A stretch of 55,416 nucleotides of DNA from the NCBI GenBank assembly GCA_002269645.1, contig NIVC01004204.1, forward strand, positions 1 to 55,416. The letters are read 5' to 3'. Every line of letters begins with the position of its first letter. The stretch's first letter is position 1. Source of the stretch: Macrostomum lignano. Taxonomy: Eukaryota. Below the pieces are notes generated by a model. It ran no database searches and had not been told where the DNA came from. It worked only from the letters and a program-made list of their open reading frames with translations. The position numbers and the translations under genes are program-made. Of the stretch, positions 13,836 to 25,846 are shown piece by piece.

Positions 13836-14400
13836 ATCAAATCAAATCAGTTATCCACTAAAAGTAAGCAAGAACAGGCGCTAAACGTTGCTGCCCATTT
13901 CGCTGACCCCTGGCGACAACAGGCAGCTGGTGCTGCGGTGTTGCGCAAAGAGTTCCGGTGGTGCCGGTGTCCGCAGCGCGGTCCCCCTCCAGGAGGTGGA
14001 TTGTCGCTCGCCCGATAGCCCTTAGGTAGCGGACGAGCTGGCAGAGATTCTCGGGCCTGAAAACGTCGGAGAGGTCCGGGTTTGGGCCGAGCAGGGACAA
14101 CTAAAGCACTCTAGTGTCATAGTGTCCTAAACGAGTGTTTAGTTGTCCCTGGGGCCGTGATAGGTGAGCCTGACCTGAGTAAAGGCAGGGCATTCACAGA
14201 TGAAGTGCTCCGCATTCTCGACACCGGAGAGGCAGAAAGGGCATTCCTCACTGCGGATTTTTCCCTGCAGGTGGCGATGCCTGGCAAAACAGCCATTATC
14301 CGAGAGAGTCCCTGATGTCCCTGCGGTTGAGTCCAATCAGGGCCCCGCCCTGCGATGGAACTGCGAGCCGGAATCCAGGCACGGTGCCGGTGGGTCGGGG
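13836..14400 (-). mobile_element. Degenerate 3' fragment of a non-LTR retrotransposon related to the element at 26.9-31.6 kb
   Basis: Reads ALIGLNRRDIR...GCFARHRHLQG...[53 protein letters not shown], collinear with the CCHC-containing ORF2 C-terminus near 31200-31450. Short (TGATT)n tail at ~13836-13850. Interrupted by a 60-bp hairpin insertion. Confidence 0.8.
14092..14151. mobile_element. 60-bp hAT-like mini inverted-repeat element
   Basis: TIRs CAGGGACAACTAAA / TTTAGTTGTCCCTG. Flanks gggccgag (14084-14091) and gggccgtg (14152-14159) form a 7/8 TSD. Removal restores the LINE frame TYLGPNPD. Confidence 0.8.
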
Positions 14401-15674
14401 TCACGACGCTAAGCCATAAGAAACGATCCGGTTTGCAAATGCAGAATTTTTACTAATAATGGACCAAATAATAACACATTCGTAGTTAGCGGACAATGTA
14501 ATCAAGAATCCGCAAACGCATGCCTGCAGCATCAAGTCTGTAGTCACCGCCGTCGTATAAAATCTCTTGGTCAGTAGTTAAAGTCTCAGGAAATAAGAAA
14601 ATGGATAGCCAGGGAGCAGACTCATTTGAGTCCTGCAGTTTGCGCTCTGTCACGGGAAACCCGAGGCTCGCTCGAGTCAATTAGCTAATGCTTTTCTGAC
14701 GCCCAGTTCGCCCGGAGACAGCTGTGCAAAAAGAGTCCGCAGTCTGGTCTATTTGGTCGCGAATTTTCCAGGCCACAGACAGCCTCAATATCTGATTTGT
14801 TGGTTTTGAGAGGCCATTTAAGCGTGCTTAATTAGGAGCACTCTTTATCTGGCCTCTCTTTCAGTAGTTTGATTTTATTGCACTTTGCTTGATTGCTTGG
14901 TATTCGCAAGGCAGGCAAGCGTCTTTTCAATGACTTACTAGCGCATAAAAATTTAAGAAGTTGCGAGTGAAGTTAAGCTAAAATTGGACCAATTGCTTCA
15001 TCTTGATCTTTTCCGCTCAATTGAGTAGTTACGTCTAAGCCTTATAGGAGGTCACAATAAGCCAAATGGACAAACAGTGGTCAGTAAGTTATTCAATCAA
15101 GCAACTATTTGAAAATGGAAACGATGTTGCCGTGTATATGGCACTGTGGCGAACTTACAACATAGTAGCTGGTATGGTAATTAGTCTTAATAAATCTGCA
15201 TAATAGCCTATGGGCCCTTTCGAGACCAATTTAAGGCCAGAACCTCGCTGTAATTACTACTTTTATTAGTATTTTCACCTTGCTGGACATAGCCTTGATT
15301 GATCTTTAATGACCTCAGACTTGCAAGAACCCCTAAGAGGAAGAGTAGGTAACGTTGGGAGTACCACGTGCTGCGATACAGCAAGTAAAGTTACAAAATG
15401 GACCCCAAAAAAGTTGTCGGACAACTCGAAATTATATGTGTTTAATAGCTGCAGTCAGTAACTCGGTACTCAATAAAGAGATCGACCGGAAGTGCATGCG
15501 AGCGACGCGAGAGGTGACAGAAGAGGCGCTCTTTCACACCTTGTCCGACACGATTTTTGCCAAAGTAGCAAACGTATTTAACAGTAGGTATCAGATTTTA
15601 GTTTTACTGGAACGCTTTCATTGTATCCTTGAATCCCTAGTCTATTTACTAAGATAGTTTGTACGGGGTGCAAT

Positions 15675-15704
15675 CAGGGACTACTAAATACTTAGTAGTC
15701 CCTG
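15675..15704. mobile_element. 30-bp hAT-like mini inverted-repeat element
   Basis: CAGGGACTACTAA-atac-TTAGTAGTCCCTG flanked by the perfect 8-bp direct repeat ggtgcaat (15667-15674, 15705-15712). Confidence 0.8.
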
Positions 15705-16664
15705 GGTGCAATACTCAAGTAAGCTGGTTCTTACTGGCCGGCGCACGCGTGTGAGTGCCCACAATGTTTCAGAGTCTAAGGCGTCAGGATATTTCAGGAC
15801 AAAAAATATCAATCAGATGCTGTAAGTCATGACAGAAAGCTGCGCGCTTAATGAGCTCTGAGACTGGCAGGCCTCCTTCATTTGAGTCTTCACTCGGGCT
15901 GGTTAGCGCTGCAGACCCGTATTACTTCTAGGCTTATTCGCGAGCACCAAAACGTTCGCAGCAAGAGACGACCTATTGACTAGTTGGTCCATCAAAAACA
16001 CCAGAGAGGGCGACGCGGGGTGCCAGATTTTCGTAGATCTCTCAGTGCTTCGGGATGTCATATGTTTCTTTTCTATCCTATGGGGAGAAGAATGCCGGTT
16101 AATGTACCTAGTTGTATAGATAATGATCTGAGTAACTCCGTGCGTAGAGACGAGACTGTGTGAGATCCATACCTGGAAGGAAGAGCTTTTCCTAATCGAA
16201 CTCAGCAACGAAATGCTAATTTTTCTCTGTTCGCCCTAGTGTTTCTTTTTGCACCTGATGTATTGCTTTTGAAGTTAAGTACATATAAAATTGTAACTCT
16301 TTGGGAAGTTGAAAATTTGGACCATAACCATAAATTTTGCGTGCATCACATAAAAATGCAGTGCAATATTTGGGAACCAAGGGTGCAATATGAAAATATT
16401 CGTACGCTCGTATGTCTGAGAAGACTTCAACTGCAGCAGATGTTGCTACACTTGAGTAGAACTCAGAATAAATTTGACGGAAGTTTATTGAGCATGTTAA
16501 GCTCGAGCAGCTTGTCTTATAAACAGGCTGCTTAAGTAAATAAGTAACAAGTTCCAAAGCATCTGTAAAACTGTATTTTTCATTAAAGCAGGTTTCCAAC
16601 TTTATGAAATGTTTCTCAGGCAAACTTTTTTGTACGATTTTGTCTCTGCTGGCTGTTGCCTTCA

Positions 16665-19600
16665 TCACTCCGGCTCCACTCGAAACTCGTCGCCCAAGAA
16701 GAGAGCCAGCCAGTACAGCACATTCACGGCCAGGAACGAGGCTGGAAATATGAATCGAGACGCCCGATCGATGCAGGACTCCGAGTTGGGACCGGATGTT
16801 CTACGGCTCTCCTTCAGCAGCATGTACTTCCTGTCTCCGCGCAGGCAGTGCAGGAACATGCTCGGGCAGGAGTCGCCGCCGCCAACGCCGGTTGGTCGGC
16901 CAGCGGCTTCTTCGACGTGTCCGTCGTTGGAGAAGTTCGGTCTCCATTGATTGCTGTCTCTTTGCGAGTGTGGCCGGCGATGCAGTCTGTTCCGTGTCTG
17001 CGAGTCGTCTTCCTCAATCAACTGAGCGCCCGCATTCTTCAGAGTGGTCGCTTCGGGCTCGGCGGAGTCGATAGAAGCCTGAGCAGCGTAGGAAATTTTG
17101 ACTTACAATAAATGTGAAATATTTGCTGCATTTTTAACAGACATTGTCTACTTGAGACAGGGTGGGGGCTGTGTGCGTCAATGGCGTCAGACCAAAGCAG
17201 ACCCAAGCGAACATTCCAATTTAGCAGTTAGCAAGATTTCAATCCATAATATTACAATTTGACTGCGCTTAGAATCGAGCCTGGGCCGCTGGAACATAAG
17301 AGCGCTGGCTAACGGCTACTACTAACAGGCATTAACATGTAGGTAAAACTTGTTGCTTCAGGTAGCACCTGCCAGTTTATTGTACTGATCTATAGACGTT
17401 AATACTCCAGCATCTAGCTTTGAGATTATGGTATTTGAAATCAATAATCATATATAATACGCTTGTACAAATAACAAATAAAAATTAACCTCCTTGGAGA
17501 TATACTTTCCCAAGCTACAACGGGAGCCGAAAGAATTGTGTATGAAGGAGAGATGTAAAGCTACTTATCAGCGCGCGGCTGATTATTTTGATTACACAGT
17601 TGAGCACCGCTAAGCCGCGCACCTGGGGTCTCTTGGGAATTTCCACATTGCCAGTCTTGGTGAAATAGTTCACTCCCGCGTACTCCAGCAGGGCGGAGAA
17701 CACGAAGAAGAAGCAGACCAGCAGGAAGACGTCCAGAGCGGTGGCGTAGGACACCTTCGGCAGGCCGATGCGGCCAGTCAGCGTGATGGTGACGCTTGTG
17801 AGCAGCGTTGTGATTGCTGCGGGGTTCCGATGAATTATAGGTGAACAATAAGCTTGTCAACCGGTTTTAGTCGGAGAAAGGGTTAGAGTTAAAAAATTGA
17901 GGGTTAAAACTTGAAAACATAAAGTTTCAATCTCCTGCAAATACATCTCTTTATTACTAATAACAAACCACTAAGCAACCATACATTCCTCATCATGTAC
18001 TCATGCTTAATCTATCACCGATTAACACTAACCCTAGCACCAACACCTCACCAAAATAGCCAACTCACAAGCACACCAATCCACAAGCACACCAATCCAC
18101 AAGCACACTAATCCACAAGCACACCAATCCACAAGCACACCAATCCACAAGCACACCAATCCACAAGCACACCAATCCACAAGCACACTAATCCACAAGC
18201 ACACCAATCCACAAGCACACCAATCCACAAGCACACCAATCCACAAGCACACCAATCCACAAGCACACCAATTCACAAGCACACCAATCCACAAGCACAC
18301 CAATCCACAAGCACACCAATCCACAAGCACACTAATCCACAAGCACACCAATCCCAAAGCACACCAATCCACAAGCACACCAATCCACAAGCACACCAAT
18401 CCACAAGCACACCAATCCACAAGCACACCAATCCACAAGCACACCAATCCACAAGCACACCAATCCACAAGCACACCAATCCACAAGCACACCAATCCAC
18501 AAGCACACCAATCCACAAGCACACCAATCCATAAGCACACCAATCCACAAGCACACCAATCCACAAGCACACAAATCCACAAGCACACAAATCCACAAGC
18601 ACATCAATCCAGAAGCACACCAATCCACAAGCACACCAATCCACAAGCACACCAATCCACAAGCACACCAATCTACAAGCACACCAATCCACAAGCACAC
18701 TAATCCACAAGCACACCAATCCACAAGCACACCAATCCACAAGCACACCAATCCACAAGCACACCAATCCACAAGCACACCAATCCACAAGCACACCAAT
18801 TCACAGGCACACAAATCCATAAGCACAGTAATTGAGATTTTCACTAATTCACAAACACACAAAAATCAATCAAAAATCAATTTGCAAGCAACTCAGCACA
18901 CTTCAAAAGCAAAGAATGCTAAAGCACACAATGAAGGCTGAGAAACGCACAGAGAGTCACACGGGCCGGGGTCGCCTCCCTGTTGATCCAGAAGCTGACC
19001 CAGGAGATCGCCACAGTCATGTAGGAGGGCAGGTAGATCTGCAGTACATAGAATCCGATCATCCTCTCCAGCGGAATGGTCATGCTGAGCAGGTTTCGAT
19101 ACTCTGAAAAGTATCGTTTCCTCTATCGTATCCAGCTTTTTGTTTAAGCAGTAAAATTAGTTCAACTAGCGCAAAGTTGGGAACGCCCCATCAGCTGAAC
19201 TTACACAGGTTGGGAAACACAGGATAAACGGATTAAACTTCTTGGTTTAAAAAATGGTCAACGATAATTCAATCTGGTTGATATTTTTTCAAGCTACCCT
19301 AGAAGACATGGCTGAGTGGACTATCAAACTCCAGAGGTGACTTATGTCATTCAGGATGCAGAGGGTTTTTGCCAGACTCACCTTTCCCTAACCGGGTATG
19401 CTGATGCGAGAACAGCACCCTCTCCTGACGGAACAGAAACTGCGCCATGGCGGTCACCTCTACGCCCAGATTTTTGTTAGTTGAATTGACCACCGTGTCG
19501 GGAATGTAATGCAGGTGCGGGCCGGCTCTGGCCTCCTCCCACCACAGGTACACCAAGTTGTGCGAGTCGTACGCGACTGGAATGCGTTTTTAGCTGAATC

Positions 19601-20589
19601 CAGCTAGACATTGGATAATCAGAGGTCTTTGTACCACATTCCGAACTGAGCTCTTGACTCACAGCTGCCAATGAACAGCGGACATGTCTGCCGGTCAACA
19701 GGGAATTTCCTGAAGTCCATGTAGCAAACCGCCTTTACCGTGAGCCTGCAAGCATTAGCGTTAAAATATATCTGCTGTTTGAAACTCGTTCCAAACGCCT
19801 TTAAGTCAGCCATCAAATCACACGACTGATGTACAAAACAACGGAGAGTTCCGTAATCTGATCCGGTCAAACAAAAAATTGGTATCCTAATTCCAATTTT
19901 TTTTCACATTCCAGAAATTTTCGAGTATTGAACTATCGAAATTTTTATTAAGGCTTTTCGACAATTTCAATTTCGAAATTACGATATTCTGTACGACGCG
20001 TCAACCACTGCCAAAAAGGACAGATCAGCTCAGCGGTAAACGCTTCTCTCTATCGCGCCACGAACCCTTCGTTTGATTCAGTGTGCGGTCACATTTGTTT
20101 GGGAGCTTGTGCAAGAAGATGCAGATCTACTTTGATAGTGGTTTGAAATAACTATTCGCAGGAGGGCCCCAACCTGACGCAACGGCTTCGGCGACATCGT
20201 CAAACACTCTCTGTACCCTTGGGGTTGGCCCTCATAGTGTGAATTGCACGACAACCGCAGGCCAATTTTATTTATACCGCATGGAGAAGAACACGGTGCC
20301 GTCCGCCTGAATGCGAAGCAGTTTGTTCGGCGTTGTCAGCTCGTGCAGCTGAGAGCCGCGTCCATTGAAAAAGTACGTGTCCGGCCGCCAGATGCGGCTC
20401 AGGATGCTGATGCTGACTTTGATCTCGTCCTGCTGCGCAAATTCCGGATCGAATTTGAGCCGGCTGTCCATCCAGCACTGCCGGAAGTAGATCTCCATGG
20501 CGTACATCTGGCCATTGGGAGCGGCGCTTCAATGACAACCTCCTGTATTTGTATCTCTTCTAGTCTGTCTGTCTGTCTGTCTATCAGAG

Positions 20590-20670
<81 letters not shown>

Positions 20671-23597
20671 GTCTGTCTGTCTGTCTGTCTGTCTGTATGT
20701 CTGTCTGCCTGTCTGTCTGTCTCTCTCGTATCACTCTGGATCTATTTTCCAGCTTTAGAATCTTACACTAAGAGTGTTGGATAACACACAGTATTAGGAG
20801 CGATAATTATTTGAATACCATTTTCTCCTCGTCAATCGGTCCGAGGTTTTTGATGAGCATGTTCACTGACACCGCCACCGGGTCGTCATCTGGAGGGAAG
20901 AGAAAGTGGATTAATAGTATTGCTTTAACCTCTGTGTTATTAAAAGTTTGTGCGAAGACACCTTATGTGATCTGTAATATAAAAGTAGTTACTCATGTTA
21001 CGTCCTTTATGTACTTTAGTAACTCCACTTGCCAAGAAAGGCTGACAAAATGAATTCAAGCATGGAGTGGCCTGTTAATCACAATTAAACTGTGACTCAT
21101 TTTGAGTCTGTTGTCCCGCTAAGCCCCAGCCAGATTATTCCCACGCACACTCGCCCATGTCTCAGCCAACAAGACTTCACCGCTAAAATTTCCATAAGTT
21201 ATTTCCGAGCCGACCCCGGGCTCGCTTCACAAATTTTTCGGGGATCAGAGCGAAAGCTCGTAGCTCGCAGCCTGAGCAGTAAAGTTTACATTCAAGAACG
21301 AAGCTCCAGTCTTACTTTCTGACTCTTCGCTCTGCTGTGCCTCTACTTGAGCAGCGGAGCGGCATCTCAGCGCCAACTTCGCCCGCCATACTGTCGGGCC
21401 CGCGATCCCAATCTCTGGGATTTTGACACCGAGTTGAAAATGATGAACGACACGGGTCGGTCTTAGTTGAGGTGGTTTTCCAAACTCACTGTGAGCAGCC
21501 AGTCCCCATCTGAGTCTCCTGGGCCTGGGGATAAACAACTCCCGGTTTGCCAATGGGATTTGCTAATCCGCTTTCGGCTCACCTCAACCCGGCAATCCGG
21601 CTTCATGCCCTGCGATGCGAGCCGCACCGCAAATAACCGCTTCAAAACTTATCCAGCATTTTTACATTTCACTTCTATTCGAATTTCTCATTGTTGAAGA
21701 GCCATTTATTTCCTTTAAACATGCAGAGCTGCTGAAGCGGTTGCTTGAGAAATTTTCTTGGATTAAGCAAAAGTACACTCGGACTGGAGAAAGAGCAGTT
21801 TAACCAGAAAATATCTATGATAATATCTATGCAGAAGCTATCTTCGCAGTCAACGCAGAGAGCAGGAATGGCTTGAATTTTTTAATCCTGCTTAAGTCAG
21901 CCTAGACTTGGCAGGGTCAACACCAGAAACTCTCCAGCAGTGCAGGCACTTTTCCTTTGTGTCTGCTAAATGCTCGTTCAATGCATTGCAGGCCCTGCGG
22001 CTTTATGCCTGATAGCTTGGAATGCATTTTGCTGCCAAATTTGTGTGTGGGCCTGCATGCTTGCTTCTGTGCTGCATCAGCTGTTTCCTTTGCTCACCAT
22101 GTCTCTCCCTCTCTCCCTCTCTTCTCCTTTCCCTCTCCCCTCTCTCCCTCTCTTATCCTTTCCCTCTCCCCTCTCTCCCTGTCTTCTCCTTGCCCTCTCC
22201 CCTCTCTCCCTGTCTTCTCCTTGCCCTCTCCCCTCTCCCTGTCTTCTCCTTGCCCTCTCCCCTCTCTCCCTGTCTTCTCCTTTCCCTCTCCCTCTCTTCC
22301 TGTCTTCTCCTTTCCCTCTCCCCTCTCTCCCTGTCTTCTCCTTGCCCTCTCCCTGTCTTCTCCTTGCCCTCTCCCTCTCTCCCTGTCTTCTCCTTGCCTC
22401 TCCCTGTCTTCTCCTTGCCCTCTCCCCTCTCTCCCTGTCTTCTCCTTTCCCTCTCCCCTCTCTCCCTGTCTTCTCCTTTCCCTCTCCCCTCTCTCCCTGT
22501 CTTCTCCTTGCCCTCTCCCCTCTCTCCCTGTCTTCTCCTTGCCCTCTCCCCTCTCTCCCTGTCTTCTCCTTGCCCTCTCCCCTCTCTCCCTGTCTTCTCC
22601 TTGCCCTCTCCCCTCTCTCCCTGTCTTCTCCTTGCCCTCTCCCCTCTCTCCCTGTCTTCTCCTTTCCCTCTCCCCTCTCTCCCTGTCTTCTCCTTGCCCT
22701 CTCCCCTCTCTCCCTGTCTTCTCCTTGCCCTCTCCCCTCTCTCCCTGTCTTCTCCTTGCCCTCTCCCCTCTCTCCCTGTCTTCTCCTTTCCCTCTCCCCT
22801 CTCTTCCTGTCTTCTCCTTTCCCTCTCCCCTCTCTCCCTGTCTTCTCCTTGCCCTCTCCCTGTCTTCTCCTTGCCCTCTCCCCTCTCTCCCTGTCTTCTC
22901 CTTGCCCTCTCCCTGTCTTCTCCTTGCCCTCTCCCCTCTCTCCCTGTCTTCTCCTTGCCCTCTCCCCTCTCTCCCTGTCTTCTCCTTTCCCTCTCCCCTC
23001 TCTCCCTGTCTTCTCCTTTCCCTCTCCCCTCTCTCCCTGTCTTCTCCTTGCCCTCTCCCCTCTCTCCCTGTCTTCTCCTTGCCCTCTCCCCTCTCTCCCT
23101 GTCTTCTCCTTGCCCTCTCCCCTCATCCTCTCTCCCTCTCTTCTCTCTCCTTTTTCCTCCTCTCCCTCTCCCCTCTCTATCTCTCACTCCCTCTCCTCTC
23201 CCTTTCTCCCTCTCCCCCTCTCTGCAAGTTTAATAAAATAATACATCAAGGCAGGCATTGACACCCAGTCTGTGTGCTGCTGATCACACTACCATTAGTG
23301 CTTGGCCAGTAACTGAACGAGTGCTAGGCGTTGATCCAGAGGAGCAGCTCACCGATAACCTCTCTTTCCCCAGTCAGGTTGTTAAGCTTGAACTCCAGCC
23401 CAGGCCGCAGGTTGCTGTCGTACCGGCTGCTGTTGAGCATCTGGTCGAGCACCCGGGAGATGCGAACCAGCTGGGAGGCGTTGGCGGAGACCGCGGCTGC
23501 GTCGAGACGGCTGCGCGGGGGTGGCCGCGGCTCCCCTGAGCTGCGGTGCGAATCGGGGTTGAAGGTCTCAAAGCCAGACCATGCGCATTTCGGATAA
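16665..23597 (-). CDS. Cys-loop ligand-gated chloride channel subunit (GABA-A alpha/gamma or GRD-like); 5' end unresolved
   Basis: Exons 23597(or 25310)-23353, 20889-20819, 20507-20278, 19745-19663 (83 nt), 19576-19382, 19103-18951 (153 nt), 17816-17623, 17078-16665, all phase-consistent GT-AG. Motifs [26 protein letters not shown], Cys loop [16 protein letters not shown]1 [24 protein letters not shown]2 [27 protein letters not shown]4 [11 protein letters not shown]...N..YW. Confidence 0.92.
18060..18825. repeat. 16-bp minisatellite (caccaatccacaagca)n, intronic
   Basis: Roughly 48 visible tandem copies inside the intron that splits M2. Confidence 0.95.
20563..20722. repeat. (TCTG)n microsatellite, intronic
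   Basis: Direct reading. Confidence 0.95.
22100..23222. repeat. Polypyrimidine complex minisatellite (ccctgtcttctccttgccctctcccctctct-like units)
   Basis: Direct reading; explains the spurious long ORFs at 21957-23261. Confidence 0.95.
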
Positions 23598-25250
23598 CTA
23601 GAGTGGGAGTGGAGAGGGGTAGAGTGGGAGTGGAGAGGGGTAGAGTGGGAGTGGAGAGAGGTAGAGTGGGAGTGGAGAGGGGTAGAGTGGGAGTGGAGAG
23701 GGGTAGAGTGGGAGTGGAGAGAGGTAGAGTGGGAGTGGAGAGAGGTAGAGTGGGAGTGGAGAGGGGTAGAGTGGGAGTGGAAAGGGGTAGAGTGGGAGTG
23801 GAGAGAGATAGAGTGGGAGTGGAGAGAGGTAGAGTGGGAGTAGAGAGGGGTAGAGTGGGAGTGGGAGTGGAGAGGGGTAGAGTGGGAGTGGAGAGAGGTA
23901 GAGTGGGAGTGGAGAGAGGTAGAGTGGGAGTGGAGAGGAGTAGAGTGGGACTGGCGAGAGGTAGAGTGGGACTGGCGAGAGGTAGAGTGGGAGTGGAGAG
24001 GGGTAGAGTGGGACTGGTGAGAGGTAGAGTGGGACTGGCGAGAGGTAGAGTGGGAGTGGAGAGGAGTAGAGTGGGACTGGCGAGAGGTAGAGTGGGACTG
24101 GCGAGAGGTAGAGTGGGAGTGGAGAGGGGTAGAGTGGGAGTGGAGAGGGGTAGAGTGGGAGTGGAGAGGGGTAGAGTGGGAGTGGAGAGAGGTAGAGTGG
24201 GAGTGGAGAGGAGTAGAGTGGGACTGGCGAGAGGTAGAGTGGGACTGGCGAGAGGTAGAGTGGGAGTGGAGAGGGGTAGAGTGGGACTGGCGAGAGGTAG
24301 AGTGGGACTGGCGAGAGGTAGAGTGGGAGTGGAGAGGAGTAGAGTGGGACTGGCGAGAGGTAGAGTGGGAGTGGAGAGGAGTAGAGTGGGACTGGCGAGA
24401 GGTAGAGTGGGAGTGGAGAGGGGTAGAGTGGGAGTGGAGAGGGGTAGAGTGGGAGTGGAGAGGGGTAGAGTGGGAGTGGAGAGGGGTAGAGTGGGAGTGG
24501 AGAGAGGTAGAGTGGGAGTGGAGAGAGGTAGAGTGGGAGTGGAGAGGGGTAGAGTGGGAGTGGAGAGGAGTAGAGTGGGACTGGCGAGAGGTAGAGTGGG
24601 ACTGGCGAGAGGTAGAGTGGGAGTGGAGAGGGGTAGAGTGGGACTGGCGAGAGGTAGAGTGGGACTGGCGAGAGGTAGAGTGGGAGTGGAGAGGGGTAGA
24701 GTGGGACTGGCGAGAGGTAGAGTGGGAGTGGAGAGGAGTAGAGTGGGACTGGCGAGAGGTAGAGTGGGACTGGCGAGAGGTAGAGTGGGAGTGGAGAGGG
24801 GTAGAGTGGGGGTGGAGAGGGGAAGAGTGGGAGTGGAGAGAGGTAGAGTGGGAGTGGAGAGGGGTAGAGTGGGAGTGGAGAGGGGTAGAGTGGGAGTGGA
24901 GAGAGGTAGAGTGGGAGTGGAGAGGAGTAGAGTGGGACTGGCGAGAGGTAGAGTGGGACTGGCGAGAGGTAGAGTGGGACTGGAGAGGGGTAGAGTGGGA
25001 GTGGAGAGGGGTAGAGTGGGATTGGAGAGGGGTAGAGTGGGAGTGGAGAGAGGTAGAGTGGGAGTGGAGAGGAGTAGAGTGGGACTGGCGAGAGGTAGAG
25101 TGGGACTGGCGAGAGGTAGAGTGGGAGTGGATAGGAGTAGAGTGGGACTGGCGAGAGGTAGAGTGGGACTGGCGAGAGGTAGAGTGGGACTGGCGAGAGG
25201 TAGAGTGGGACTGGCGAGAGGGAGAGTGGGACTGGCGAGAGGGAGAGGGG
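23598..25250. repeat. 15-bp minisatellite (gtagagtgggagtggagagg-type and gtagagtgggactggcgagag-type variants)
   Basis: About 110 tandem units with two main variants; period is a multiple of 3 and minus-strand frames stay open. Confidence 0.95.
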
Positions 25251-25611
25251 AGATATAGGAGAAATAAAGTAGGAAAAAGGAAATAGTGAAGACTACAAAG
25301 TCCCAAAAGTCTGAAATGTTAGCAGTGAGGAGTGAGTAAAGGATTTCTCCGCTCACCTCACCGACATCCAGCAAAGTACAGGAATCAGCCACTTGCTCAA
25401 CATCGGGAAGTCAGTCGAAACTCAAATTATTAGATTAAAAACACATAGCAGCTCCGGATGCCTTCATATCCGGATGCTTGGCCCTGAGTAGGGTCAACTA
25501 CAACCTTGAGCAAAGTGGATCTTCTGCAAGCTAACAGAGAGTTTTAGCCACTCAGCGACTGTCTGGGAAAAGTGAGCAGCCAATGAGGAATGAGTAGAAC
25601 GGATTGTGAGA

Positions 25612-25846
<235 letters not shown>

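Noticed and set aside
15903-16400. Faint resemblance to mononegavirus L protein segments
   Set aside because: Only a few scattered residues match; the GxxT and HR capping motifs and the RdRp motifs are not identifiable.
18034-18862. Trp/Cys-rich ORFs ([16 protein letters not shown])n
   Set aside because: Translation of the 16-bp intronic repeat.
21245-21697. GC-richer intronic segment with 60-100 aa ORFs; possible extra channel exon
   Set aside because: Flanking channel exons already join in phase with expected homology (RPG...[10 protein letters not shown]), and no similarity was recognised.
21957-23261. Long ORFs of 344-434 aa on both strands
   Set aside because: Translations of a stop-free CT/GA minisatellite within a channel intron.
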